Source: Andalucia godoyi And28 (Eukaryota > Protista > Jakobida). Taken from it: a stretch of 64,000 bases of DNA. Positions 1 to 10,077 of this stretch are shown piece by piece. The stretch is taken from NCBI GenBank assembly GCA_009859145.1, contig VRVR01000035.1, forward strand, positions 37,978-101,977, read 5' to 3'. How positions within the stretch are numbered: the stretch's first letter is position 1; every line of letters begins with the position of its first letter. The notes beneath the pieces are model-generated. The model was not told the DNA's origin and ran no database searches. It saw nothing but the letters and a program-made list of their open reading frames with translations. Both the position numbers and the translations under genes were made by a program.

Positions 1-1526
1 AGGACTATACCGGGGGTCGAGGAACACGGCAGACACAATTTTTGGTCGATACAAATATGCCTTCCATCTTTGCAGAAGCTTTTCTTTAGCTATGGCAGCG
101 TCGTCAGCAGAAAGCACGGTGTCAACTTGCTGTTTCAGAGGGTCCCACGAAACAAAAACATCGGACAATGTTGACCGGATGCTCTCTCCAAGAACTTGAT
201 GACAACCGCAAATTCACGCAGGACTGCTTCTGCTTTTCGAAGACCCTGCCAAAAGCTGTTCAGCATCAGTGACGATGCGCGACTTCCAAATTCATCTTGC
301 ATGTCTGCTCTGGCAGCGGCTTGACGGAGCGCATCTTCGTTAGCAAGAACGCTTGAAACGCAGATGTGCTGCGTTGGCCATCGAGTTGCAACGTATGCTT
401 CAAGTCGGTTTTTTTGCTCCACACTGCTTCTCAAGTCGTTTCCAAAAAAGTTTCTTCCTACTGAAAAATGTTGTTAGATCGTTGCGAAACTTGACTGTGT
501 CGCCAAGCCACTCCAATGATTGACAAATGTCTTAAAGAAGAAGATGCGTGATGTGCGCTCTGTGGAGTGTAGACAATGAAGTTCACCACAGCGGCGTCCG
601 TTGTATTTGTCCAACTATCCGTAGAGAGGCTGAGATGACTAGCTTTGAGACAAGCATCGACAAAGGACGTCCTGCATTCATCACAGGCCTCGTTCAGAAG
701 CTGGCTAGCAACGTACTGCCTGGACGGCAAGGAAGGAAACGCGGCGTTGCGGGATAGGATTCCTAAATCCTCGAATGCACCTCTCAGACCAGGATCTTCG
801 ATAAAAGTGAAAGGAATGTTGCATCCATACATTGCTTTGGCGAATCGTCTGACAAAATTGCTCCAAACTTCACGACCTACGCGAAACCCAGCAGACACGA
901 TGGACAACTGCTGTCGCGGAACCTTCTTCAGAGGCTCAGTAGAGGTACTGGTATCTTCCGTCGGTTCCTCACGTTTGTAGCGTGCATCCGTCGGAACAGG
1001 ACGGTCCTGCTGCACAACAATCGAAGCAGAAAGAGAATGCGCGGCAGAGGTGCGCGCAAAAACTGTGCCATGCTGCGATTTCAGCACAGACAGATCAAGC
1101 GCCGGAATGTTCTTGCAGGATACAGCATGTGCGCAAACTCGGGTCGCATTATCCGCCCCAGGAACTGCCTGCCCGCAGTGCTTGCACTCCCAAGGACCTT
1201 TCCCAAGACTTGCACCCGGGCCATTCTCAGCACCCGCGAAACAACACGTGCTTGAACACGGAAGACTTTGGTTTGTGACCCATCAGACCACGGCGGATTT
1301 CGGTCGTTTGACCAGATTCGTCAGAACAGGAAGAAAAAAGCCGACATTGTTGTGCGCGAATGGCAATTTCTTTACAAACAAAACAAAAGAAAACAAAAGA
1401 AAGGAGAATTAAACATCAGAAGACAAGGAGCTTGACGGGGAAAACTCATCAAGGGAGTTTCGAATGCAGAAGGACTGCAATTTTGCATGCCAAAGTCCGT
1501 TGCACTGCAAGACAACAGCAACCCTA
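1..1526 (-). mobile_element. Degenerate hAT-superfamily DNA transposon (BED zinc finger + transposase), frameshifted, running off the left window edge
   Basis: Stitched minus-strand frames: ATG at 1283 MGHKPKSSVFKHV, then a frameshift to WECKHC...NATRVCAHAVSC (BED-finger like). This continues into LPSRQYV...LSLSTDSWTN..VVNFIV (first catalytic Asp, DUF659/hAT), then ATRWPT, FWQGLRKAEAVLREF..IKFLE, another frameshift to STLSDVFVSW, and AVFLDPRY at the window edge. Candidate terminus TAGGGTTGC begins at 1526. Confidence 0.8.
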
Positions 1527-1658
1527 GCTCGGAGGGGTTTGTTTTTGTTTTTTCGAGTGTTCTCTGAAGTTCCTCCGAGTTCCATGTGATTGCCCATTTT
1601 ATTCGAGGGAGGCTGTGGCTTGTAAGCAGGGGTTTTATTTATCGGGAGGAGTTGTCGT

Positions 1659-2489
1659 ATGGCAGGAAAGAAGAGCCGGGATCTAGAAGCGGGCGACGCT
1701 CATGCGGTGCATGAATTGCCGGCAAAGCGTGTGCGGCTGTTGTCGACCTCCGTTTCGCTGCCCTTGATGCTGGACGGCATCCAATGCGTGTTTGTGGACA
1801 TTGAAGGCACAACCACGCCGCTGTCGTTTGTCAGCAGCGTTCTGTTTCCATACGCACGTAAGAATACAGAGACGTTTCTGCACGACACGTACGAGAGCTC
1901 TGCTACGGCGGATGCACTGGAAAAGCTGCGGGCTCTCAACTCGGTGCCTGCTGTTGCGGCGGCCTCGGCGGGAAAGGCGGAGGTCGTTCGGTCGGCGGTG
2001 GCGTGCGTGTCTCACTTGATGCTAGCGGATGCAAAAGCCCCGGCGCTCAAGAATCTACAGGGGTTGGTGTGGGAGCGCGGCTACGCGAACGGAGATCTGC
2101 AGGGAGTCGTCTTCCCAGACGTGCGCCCGTCTTTTGAAAGATGGGTCGCGAGGGGGATCAACATTCACATTTGGTCCTCTGGATCTGTGCTTGCGCAGAA
2201 GCTGCTGTTCAAGTACTCGAATCTCGGAGACTTGTCGGGCTTCATTGTGGGGTACCACGACCCGCAGCACGTCGGCTACTCGAAAACAGACAAGGAATCG
2301 TACGTCCACCTTGCGAAAGTGGCTGGTGTAAAGCCGTCGCAGTGCCTTTTTCTCACAGATCGGTCCGAGGAGGCGTCAGCTGCTGCTCTCTCCCACGTTC
2401 GATCCATCCTTCTTGTGCGGCCAGGCAACCCTGATCCGCCAGCCGACTGTGAATTCAGCTGCGTCTCGTCCTTTTCGTTTCTTGGCTGA
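1659..2489 (+). CDS. ENOPH1: Enolase-phosphatase E1 (HAD family, methionine salvage; MtnC/Utr4)
   Basis: HAD motif I DIEGTTTPLSFVSSVLFPYAR, LKNLQGLVWERGY, SSGSVLAQKLLF, FLTD; 276 aa single ORF. Confidence 0.93.
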   Translation: MAGKKSRDLEAGDAHAVHELPAKRVRLLSTSVSLPLMLDGIQCVFVDIEGTTTPLSFVSSVLFPYARKNTETFLHDTYESSATADALEKLRALNSVPAVAAASAGKAEVVRSAVACVSHLMLADAKAPALKNLQGLVWERGYANGDLQGVVFPDVRPSFERWVARGINIHIWSSGSVLAQKLLFKYSNLGDLSGFIVGYHDPQHVGYSKTDKESYVHLAKVAGVKPSQCLFLTDRSEEASAAALSHVRSILLVRPGNPDPPADCEFSCVSSFSFLG

Positions 2490-2651
2490 CGATGCTGTTT
2501 AATAATATTATTATCATCATTTATTATTCTTATTATTTTCTTTAAAAATCCTTTCTTTCTTTCCCTTTTTTATTTTATTCTTTTTTCTAATTTAAAAAAT
2601 ATGAAAAATGAGCATTCTGACTGGTTGTTTTTTTTGCCCCTCCTCCCCGGT

Positions 2652-3872
2652 CTAATGGTGAGTGTGAAGAGCCTTGAGATCCTGCTCTCTGCGTTTGATG
2701 ACTGCCTCGCGCTTTTCATCGAGGACAAGCTCGTCCTTGATGGGTTCGAAGAATGCCTTGACATTCGTGGGGACGCCCGCCCACTTTGGAGCGTTGTCCT
2801 TGTCGATCAGCAATGCACGCACACCCTCGACGAAATCAGGGTTCTCCATCATGTGGGAAGCAATGCGCAATTCCATTTTTAAGCAATCTGCAAGGCCCAA
2901 CTTTGCCCCTCGCTTCACCTGCTCAAGGGTAACCTCCAGTGATGTGGGGCTGACCTTGTCCAGGATTGCAATAGTCTTTGCAGCAAACTGTCGAACAGCG
3001 TGGTTTGCGTCGTGACGATGATCATGGTCAAACTTCTTGAGCGACTCGCGGATCGCAGCAACGCTTTCCTGCTTGATGGAGAACGCTTCTCGGATGACTT
3101 CATAGAACGGCGCAAACGAGAGTTTGGCCACATCGCGTTCATAGGGTTCTGCAAACTCCTCAATAGCAAGCGCCACGGTCTTGTAATCCGACGAAGAAAG
3201 CAGCGACAGCCGGTCGAGAAGCAGCGGAATGCGCGGGCTTGGGACATAGTGCGTCGCAATTCCAAGGGCGGCAGTCTCTGCGCCGGAAATGCGGTGTCCA
3301 GTAAGCGCGAGCCAGAGCCCCGTATGGAACGGCAAGCGGGGAAGCATAAACGACCCTCCAACATCCGGGAAGAACCCAATCGCAGTCTCCGGCATCGCAA
3401 ACACCGTCTTATCCGTCGCAATCCGAAACGCTCCATGCACCGAAATGCCCACTCCGCCACCCATTGTAATTCCATCCAGAATCGCAACAACAGGCTTCGA
3501 TAGCGTCGCCAGCGTGTAGTCCAGCTGGTACTCTTCGCGGAAGAACGCCAGCGGATTCTCATCGCCACTTGCAGGCAGCGTCTTCTTCTGCCCACTCTGA
3601 AGCTCGCGCGCAGCCAGCGCGATCGCCTTGATGTCTCCACCAGCACAAAACGCCTTTTCACCCGCACCTCGCAGAACAACAGAGTAGCACGAATCCGCAT
3701 TCTCTGCGGAGTTCGCCGCCTGCTGCAGCTCGCGCACCATCCCTAGATTGAGCGCATTCAGAACTTTCGGTCGATTCAGAGTCAAGAAGCGCGAAGTCGC
3801 CGTCTTCTCCAGCAACACAGATGCTTCGTGGGCTGCAGTCGTAAAAGACGAAGAAACAGATCGCACAAACAT
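2652..3872 (-). CDS. HIBCH: 3-hydroxyisobutyryl-CoA hydrolase, mitochondrial (crotonase fold)
   Basis: TLNRPKVLNAL, AFCAGGDI, FFREEYQLDY, GITMGGGVGISVHG, MPETAIGFFPDVGG, SPTSLEVT, DFVEGVRALLIDKDNAPKW; Ser/Arg-rich N-terminus resembling a mitochondrial transit peptide. Confidence 0.93.
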   Translation of the reverse strand: MFVRSVSSSFTTAAHEASVLLEKTATSRFLTLNRPKVLNALNLGMVRELQQAANSAENADSCYSVVLRGAGEKAFCAGGDIKAIALAARELQSGQKKTLPASGDENPLAFFREEYQLDYTLATLSKPVVAILDGITMGGGVGISVHGAFRIATDKTVFAMPETAIGFFPDVGGSFMLPRLPFHTGLWLALTGHRISGAETAALGIATHYVPSPRIPLLLDRLSLLSSSDYKTVALAIEEFAEPYERDVAKLSFAPFYEVIREAFSIKQESVAAIRESLKKFDHDHRHDANHAVRQFAAKTIAILDKVSPTSLEVTLEQVKRGAKLGLADCLKMELRIASHMMENPDFVEGVRALLIDKDNAPKWAGVPTNVKAFFEPIKDELVLDEKREAVIKRREQDLKALHTHH

Positions 3873-3892
3873 TTCTGCAGTATCTCTCTTAT

Positions 3893-4016
3893 TGTGTATG
3901 TGTGTGTGGGTCTGTGTGTGGGTGGGTGGGTCGGTGTGTGTGTGTGGCTGTGGATGCGTGCGTGCGTGCGTGCGTGCGTGCGTGTGTGTGTGCGTGTGTG
4001 CGTGCGTATGTGTGTA
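3893..4016. repeat. Compound (TG)n/(TGCG)n microsatellite upstream of HIBCH
   Basis: Directly visible tgtg/tgcgtgcg runs. Confidence 0.9.
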
Positions 4017-4197
4017 TGATGCAGAATGCTTCGGCTGCTTTCATAAGCAAAGAAGCGATCGCCGCAGGAAAAAAAGGACAGGTTTTTTTGATGGGACTCG
4101 CGGACAGTACAGGCGTTGGAAAAGAGTTCTGCGATGGGAAGCGCTGTTTTGTTGTTGTTTTATTACAGTGGTTCAGCTTATAGATTGTGCGGTTGTG

Positions 4198-5391
4198 CTA
4201 GCAAATTGCACAGCATGTCTTGGACTTGGATTTGGACTGGTGTCGGTGGGGACTGGGAGCGAAAATGCTGTCGGAAGAGGCTGAATCGCTACTGGTAAAG
4301 GAGGATGTGGGGTTGCTGCGGTTGCTCGGGTTCGGCGACTCGGCGTCCATGGGGTCCGGAGACTGGCGTCGTGGACTCGGAGTCATTCCTCCCGACGTGA
4401 ACTCTTCGATTTCGCGAATGTGTTCATCGACTGTTTCTGCGGAATCTGCAGTCTCTGGAATTGCGGCTTTCCAAGTCCCAGAGACAATAAAGATAAACTG
4501 CAGCTCAGCTCGCTTGCTCCTGCTTCCAGACACTTCCCCGGCACTGATGAGCTCGTCGCCAGAGGACGAAACCTGCTGCGGTCGATCAGCGATTTGTTTG
4601 TGATCTTTTCGGAACAGCTGCGCTGCTTGCCGACGAACACTCGGACTCATCCAAAGCAAGTTCTCAATCCAAGCGTCTCGTGACGCAGTCAAAAACGCCC
4701 GGTTCACATTCTTCCCGGTCGCCGCATCCACCTCAAAAAAGAGCGATCCAGCAGGGATCTTATTTCGCAGCATTAGCAGTTCGCTGGCCGGCACAAATTC
4801 GCTAAAATTCGCCAGAAACGCAGTCGTAAGAACCACTGCTGCTGCCGCCATTCCGGAGGACCGTCTTGTGAAGCGAAGAGCTGGCATCCAATCGTGCAGC
4901 ATCACCAGCAGCTTGTCCAGCGACCGAGCACTACGGGCATCAAACACGCAGTACACAACGTGGCAGCCCCGGCCAAACACTTGTGCAATCGGTTGGATTT
5001 CTGGACGCCCCCCAGTATCAAAGATCGACAATCGGCCCTTTGGGCCTTGCGATCCAAAACCAACAGGGTACTTTGAGCATTCAACACCCATTGTGGAGTG
5101 GAACCGAGATGCATCCCATTGGTTTTGGAATGTCTTTGACGAAAAGGACGGCCGAATATCGGACGGGTGCAACAGTCGCCATACCAGAGAGGTTTTCCCG
5201 CTGCCTGGAGGACCGATCACGACGGACTTAATTGGCGCATCCATGTCTTCAGCATCGAGTACCGGGCACTGTAGCCCGGCAGCCGCCGGCTCCAGAGGAT
5301 TCCGAATGGGCTGAACGACTGATGCATCAGACTGACGTAGCGCAGGAGCAATTCCATGAAACCCGTCTGACTCCACACTGGATCCGGACAT
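4198..5391 (-). CDS. Divergent Rab-like small GTPase with Ser-rich C-terminal extension and C-terminal CCAIC prenylation motif
   Basis: G1 GPPGSGKTS; G2 STMGVE; G3-like IFDTGGRPE; VYCVFD...SLDKL; G5-like FFEVDAATGKNVNRAF; ends KSKSKTCCAIC*. First ATG at 5391. Confidence 0.75.
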   Translation of the reverse strand: MSGSSVESDGFHGIAPALRQSDASVVQPIRNPLEPAAAGLQCPVLDAEDMDAPIKSVVIGPPGSGKTSLVWRLLHPSDIRPSFSSKTFQNQWDASRFHSTMGVECSKYPVGFGSQGPKGRLSIFDTGGRPEIQPIAQVFGRGCHVVYCVFDARSARSLDKLLVMLHDWMPALRFTRRSSGMAAAAVVLTTAFLANFSEFVPASELLMLRNKIPAGSLFFEVDAATGKNVNRAFLTASRDAWIENLLWMSPSVRRQAAQLFRKDHKQIADRPQQVSSSGDELISAGEVSGSRSKRAELQFIFIVSGTWKAAIPETADSAETVDEHIREIEEFTSGGMTPSPRRQSPDPMDAESPNPSNRSNPTSSFTSSDSASSDSIFAPSPHRHQSKSKSKTCCAIC

Positions 5392-6166
5392 TTTTTCGTT
5401 TGTTGCTTCTCTAGAATACAAGGAGATTCCGGGTTGCAGTAGTCCGACAACAAGACGAAAGACGGGAATCGACAGAAGAAGAAAAAAGAGACGTCCTGCA
5501 ACAACAGGGTGCCAGTGGCGGGGAAATTGGATCGGGCAAGAAAGAGAAACGATTTCAAAGTAGCGGTCGAGTGCAGAAGACGATTCAGAAAAAAAATACA
5601 AAACAGACTATAAAAACGTGGAGCTTGGGAGACAGAGAGCAGGACGTTGCGGAAAACACATTATATTAAAAATTAAAAAAGGGAGGCCGGTGCAGAAGTC
5701 AAAGACGCAGGAGACCCCCCGCATTCGAGAACGGAGAAAGTCGAGCCTCGAAGCTCCCTGTCGGGCGGTCGGGCGGGCCGTCTTTTTGCAACAAGACTGC
5801 GTGCAGTGCGGAGGACCCCGGGTTGCAAACGACGCAGCACAGCTGGTAACAAAAGACTGATCCAGCTCATTCAAGTGAAAGGCACGTCCGGAGAGAATGC
5901 GCGGGTCATACCAGCACGAGCGACACTGCGAAAAGGCCATCATACGAGCAGAGCGGACAAATAAAGGCGCTTTTTGCATGCCAGTTCTTTCAGCTTTCCT
6001 GCTGTAGAGTCTCGTGTGTAACCTAACGCTTGATCCTAAGCGATTTTCCTGCATGCTTACTGTAGATTTCAGCCACGCTTGCTACTTCCTATTGCAGCTG
6101 GATTGCTGCTGCTGAATATCCCGCATGCTGTAGTAACGGGATGGGTGTTTCGCTGCGAGTGTCGGA

Positions 6167-7798
6167 TTGATGGAGCCGTATGTGTGTATTCCGTACGCGG
6201 AGTCCGTGCTGAGTACGGGTCCGCCGGCCCACGCTGCGTTCTCTGCGCTGTTCGAAAACACGTTGCTTTCTGCTGCCAGCGAGCCCAGCGATGGAAAGCC
6301 TGAATCTGCACTACAGGCGATTTGTCGCGTGTCTGAAAATTCCAGGCCAGCCATTGACTCCTTGCAGCATCCTGGTTCGCTCGCGTTGGTTTCTGTTCCA
6401 CGGTTTGTCTTGCGAAGGAGGTGTCATTCGTCTTGTTTTTCGGAGTGTGATGTTCCTGTTTTTCGAAAGATTAAGAAATGCTTAGGAACGGGGACCACAG
6501 GCAAGGATGGCTTTGTGGGAGAGCACGCGTTGTTCATGAGGCAAGTTTCCGAATTTTTAAAGGCGTCGATGCGCGACTTGCTGTGCGCCAGGAGCGCCGG
6601 AAACACTGCGGCCCAAGTCTCTGCGTTGCGTCGGCTGTGTACATTCGACGAGATGATTCCGCAGAGGCCGTATTATTCATCTGGATTGGAAGGAGTCGAA
6701 TTCTTTGCGTCGGATTCAAGAGTCTCCTACTTTATCGACGACTTGTCGAATGGACAAGAAAATATTCCAATTGTGGTTTTGAACGACGTCGACCGGGATC
6801 CTCTTCCGTACTTTCATTATGTGACGCGCACGGTTGGGAAGAACGGAGCTGCTTCTCCACTGGACAACGTAAGTCCAGAAGTGATGGAAATATGCAAATG
6901 CGAGGGATGTATGAGCTCGAGATGTCAGCATTTCAGGGATAACGTGGATGTGCAGAAGCGTGCACTTCGCACGGTCGGTGGGAACTACGACGCAGATGGC
7001 CTTTTGCGGTGGATCACAGATACAAAATCGGGAGCTCCTGCAGTGGAGAGCGCGCTTGTGCTGCACGAATGCAATAAGCACTGTGGATGCAGCGAGACCT
7101 GTGGAAATCGTGTTATGCAAAAGGGAATCACAAGAAGACTTGCCGTCAAGCGCATCCCCCATAAGGGTTGGGGTGTTGTCGCTCTCGAGGAGCTCCCCAA
7201 GGGCTCGTTCATCTCGGAATACATCGGAGAAATGATTCCAGATCTTGACGGGGAGGTTCGCGGATGCGGGTACGATGAGTACTTTTTTGATGTCGGTCTG
7301 TCGACGCAGGGAAATGCAAACACGAGAGGCGAGACAAGCAAACGGCAGGTCGCGAAAACCCTCACTCCCCGAAGAAGACTGTCTGCTGCAGTTGTTGCGT
7401 CGTCTGCGTCTGCTTCTGCTTCTACTTCTGCACAGGCGTATTCAACTGTGCGGCGGCACAATGGAGTATCGTCAACCGGGGCGGCGCCGAATGAGCGCCC
7501 AGAAGCAGGCGACCACCTGGAGGGGGGTGTCGGACAAGAGTTCGTTCACCAGTTTTTGGTCGACGCAAGATTCCATGGAAACATCAGTCGGTTTTACAAC
7601 CACTCGTGCAGCCCAAACATGGCAGCCGTTCGGATATGCGTCGAGTCTCCAGACGAAAACATGCATCGCATTGGGTTTTTTGCGTTGCGCACAATCCTCG
7701 TCAACGAGGAGTTGACGTTTGACTATCGGTATGAAATCAAAGACTTTTCAAAGCCTTGTTATTGTGGATCTGAAAAGTGTCGGAAATGGGTTCGCTAG
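6167..7798 (+). CDS. SET-domain histone methyltransferase, H3K9 type (SUV39/SUVH/SETDB-like), with pre-SET, split SET and post-SET
   Basis: DLSNGQENIPIVVLNDVD; pre-SET CKCEGCMSSRC...ECNKHCGCSETCGNRVMQKG; KGWGV; SEYIGE; DEYFFD; DARFHGNISRFYNHSCSPN; EELTFDY; post-SET CYCGSEKCR. Confidence 0.88.
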   Translation: MMEPYVCIPYAESVLSTGPPAHAAFSALFENTLLSAASEPSDGKPESALQAICRVSENSRPAIDSLQHPGSLALVSVPRFVLRRRCHSSCFSECDVPVFRKIKKCLGTGTTGKDGFVGEHALFMRQVSEFLKASMRDLLCARSAGNTAAQVSALRRLCTFDEMIPQRPYYSSGLEGVEFFASDSRVSYFIDDLSNGQENIPIVVLNDVDRDPLPYFHYVTRTVGKNGAASPLDNVSPEVMEICKCEGCMSSRCQHFRDNVDVQKRALRTVGGNYDADGLLRWITDTKSGAPAVESALVLHECNKHCGCSETCGNRVMQKGITRRLAVKRIPHKGWGVVALEELPKGSFISEYIGEMIPDLDGEVRGCGYDEYFFDVGLSTQGNANTRGETSKRQVAKTLTPRRRLSAAVVASSASASASTSAQAYSTVRRHNGVSSTGAAPNERPEAGDHLEGGVGQEFVHQFLVDARFHGNISRFYNHSCSPNMAAVRICVESPDENMHRIGFFALRTILVNEELTFDYRYEIKDFSKPCYCGSEKCRKWVR

Positions 7799-7894
7799 CC
7801 GCCGCTGCCTCACGCATTTCTGTGCTGTCTGTTCTATCTACATTATTTTTCGACAAACACAAAACAAGCAATAACAATAATCATAATAAATAAG

Positions 7895-8051
<157 letters not shown>

Positions 8052-8081
8052 TAAAGTGTGTGGCAGCAAGGGCCTCTCAGA

Positions 8082-9719
8082 TCATGGCTTGGCATCCTCG
8101 GACGAACTTGTATCGTCTGCAAAGAGATCAATGGGTCGGCGTACTCCGTTGCGCTTCAATTCCGGGTCGAGAGATGAACTGTCCTCTCCAAGTTCCTCAA
8201 ATGTCGAATGGAGCGCGCAGTTTAGTTGACGATTCCGCAGCGTCATATCCTCCCAGTGCGGATCGCTGAGCACTCTGCTGACATTTCGCTTGTCCTTTTC
8301 GGCACGATTGTTCGGCTTTGTCGCCGTGATGTGTCGGATCGGACGACGGACCTGCTGAGCCAAGAGCGAATCGGCAAGCGCGCCTTCCAGGTACACCACA
8401 GGATTCACAACCTCGTCATCCGAGTACTTCACAACCCCGATTGCTGCAAGTGATTGCAGAACTTCGGTCACTCGGCACATTCTGGTCTTGCAGGTTAACG
8501 CTAGCTGCGAGAGGGTTGCCCGCTTGGAAGGCATTTTCGAGATGGTCTGCAACACAGTTTCTTGGTCTGCGGACAAGGTCATCATTGGAGATGTCTCTGC
8601 AGACACGGATACGGACGCGGATGCGGTCGTGATTGCACTTTCGCTCACATTCGGGCGGGTACCTGGAGGTGGCTGCGGGATGGGTCCGCGGTTGGGTCCG
8701 CGCTGCGAAGACAAAGGCGCTGCCGTCCTTCCCGATGCCAAGGATTCCGAAATATCCTCTTCTAGCCACAAAACACAAAAGGATCCGTCTCCGGCAGCAT
8801 TCAATAGTGACGGCGGAAAGACCCTTACGTTCGACTCACGGTCCTTGACGAGCATTGTTTGGACATGCGCCTTGAGCCTTATCAGTCGGATCGTGTATGA
8901 AAGCTCTGCATCCATAGACAGTAACAAAAGAGACCCCATCTGATTTTGCAGCGCATTCGTCGCGCTTTCAAAGGCCCATTTCGAAACCTGCAGAGTGAGC
9001 TGGATGGAACAAGCTTTTGAAGCCTGGCAGTACGCATCTCGTGCTTTGAGATCCGACTCGGGACGCAAATCATCAGACGCGTCTTCGGAGCCTGGACTCC
9101 GACACGGCTCAAGAAGCTCCACGTACGTTACGACATGCTCGGACATCCACTCTCTTGCAGCATCGTCCACGATATGCCGTTTCATTGATGCATACACCGT
9201 GCACCGCGCCAGAACTCCCCGTGCAGCGACCCAGTCAAGCAGATCCTCCAACACCGACACAAGCTGTAATGAGTCGTGAACGATGTAAGAGTCCAGGTCC
9301 CAGGCCACAAAGAAATGTGTTCTTGATGCAGGAGCAACATTTCGCAAGTGCTTCAATCGGAAGTATACCCGTCTCGGATCGGTGTCGACAGCGGCATTCA
9401 GAATCGGATAACCAACGACAAGTCCCGATCGGTAGTCCTCCGAAACCCCCTGCGCGGTACGGACGTGCGACACCGGAAACCCCTCGAAATGCTGGCGGAT
9501 ATACCGAGATCCGCTTCGGCTCCTCCCGGCCGTAGATTCTCTGTCAGACGACACCAGGCCACCCTCGCCCCCGTCGTTGGATGATGAAATGCCATCATTG
9601 TCACTGTCATCCCCAACCTCAACGACAGCCCCGGCCGCACGCCTGATCTTGTGAGCCGGAGCGCCCTTTCCGGAATCAGAGCTTTCAAACAGGTGACAGA
9701 CCCGTCGGCTTCGAGGCAT
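8082..9719 (-). CDS. NYN (LabA/DUF88, MARF1/limkain-b1-like) domain protein with C-terminal winged-helix-like domain
   Basis: THFFVAWDLDSY (cf. TxVFWDxEN), KACSIQLTLQVSKWAF (cf. KxAADxxIxxDMxxWA), LLLLSMDAELSYTIRLIR (cf. IxLISGDxDFSxxLxxLR), SLLNAAG. HTH-like segment ETVLQTISKMPSKRATLSQLALTCKTRMCRVTEVLQSLAAIGVV. Confidence 0.65.
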   Translation of the reverse strand: MPRSRRVCHLFESSDSGKGAPAHKIRRAAGAVVEVGDDSDNDGISSSNDGGEGGLVSSDRESTAGRSRSGSRYIRQHFEGFPVSHVRTAQGVSEDYRSGLVVGYPILNAAVDTDPRRVYFRLKHLRNVAPASRTHFFVAWDLDSYIVHDSLQLVSVLEDLLDWVAARGVLARCTVYASMKRHIVDDAAREWMSEHVVTYVELLEPCRSPGSEDASDDLRPESDLKARDAYCQASKACSIQLTLQVSKWAFESATNALQNQMGSLLLLSMDAELSYTIRLIRLKAHVQTMLVKDRESNVRVFPPSLLNAAGDGSFCVLWLEEDISESLASGRTAAPLSSQRGPNRGPIPQPPPGTRPNVSESAITTASASVSVSAETSPMMTLSADQETVLQTISKMPSKRATLSQLALTCKTRMCRVTEVLQSLAAIGVVKYSDDEVVNPVVYLEGALADSLLAQQVRRPIRHITATKPNNRAEKDKRNVSRVLSDPHWEDMTLRNRQLNCALHSTFEELGEDSSSLDPELKRNGVRRPIDLFADDTSSSEDAKP

Positions 9720-10077
9720 TCAATTCGTCCTCAGCTTGCATTTTTTTCTTCATCATCACTACTTTTCCACTCTGTTGAAGAAGAAGAACGAGGGGGAAAA
9801 CCCGACAGTAAAAAACAGCCAGCCCGAAACGTTGCAAATGTCAAACTACAGGTACCATCAAGTGATGCACACCTCAAAAAGAATCCTCTTGTCTGTGTTC
9901 GAGTTGCCATAAAGCCACAATATCGACTGGCAATAGAATGTCTGCTGTTGTACGTCTGCTCTTGGCTATTGTCATCCTGCGGGTTTTTTCTATGTTAATG
10001 TTTATTATTATTTCTGCAACTTAATCAAGTTCGTTAATTCGTGAATTTTTTTGCTTAGAGGAGAAGGACAAGGGGGA

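Noticed and set aside
5608-6054. 148-aa minus ORF between the Rab-like and SET genes
   Set aside because: No recognisable domain; lies in a divergent promoter/UTR region.
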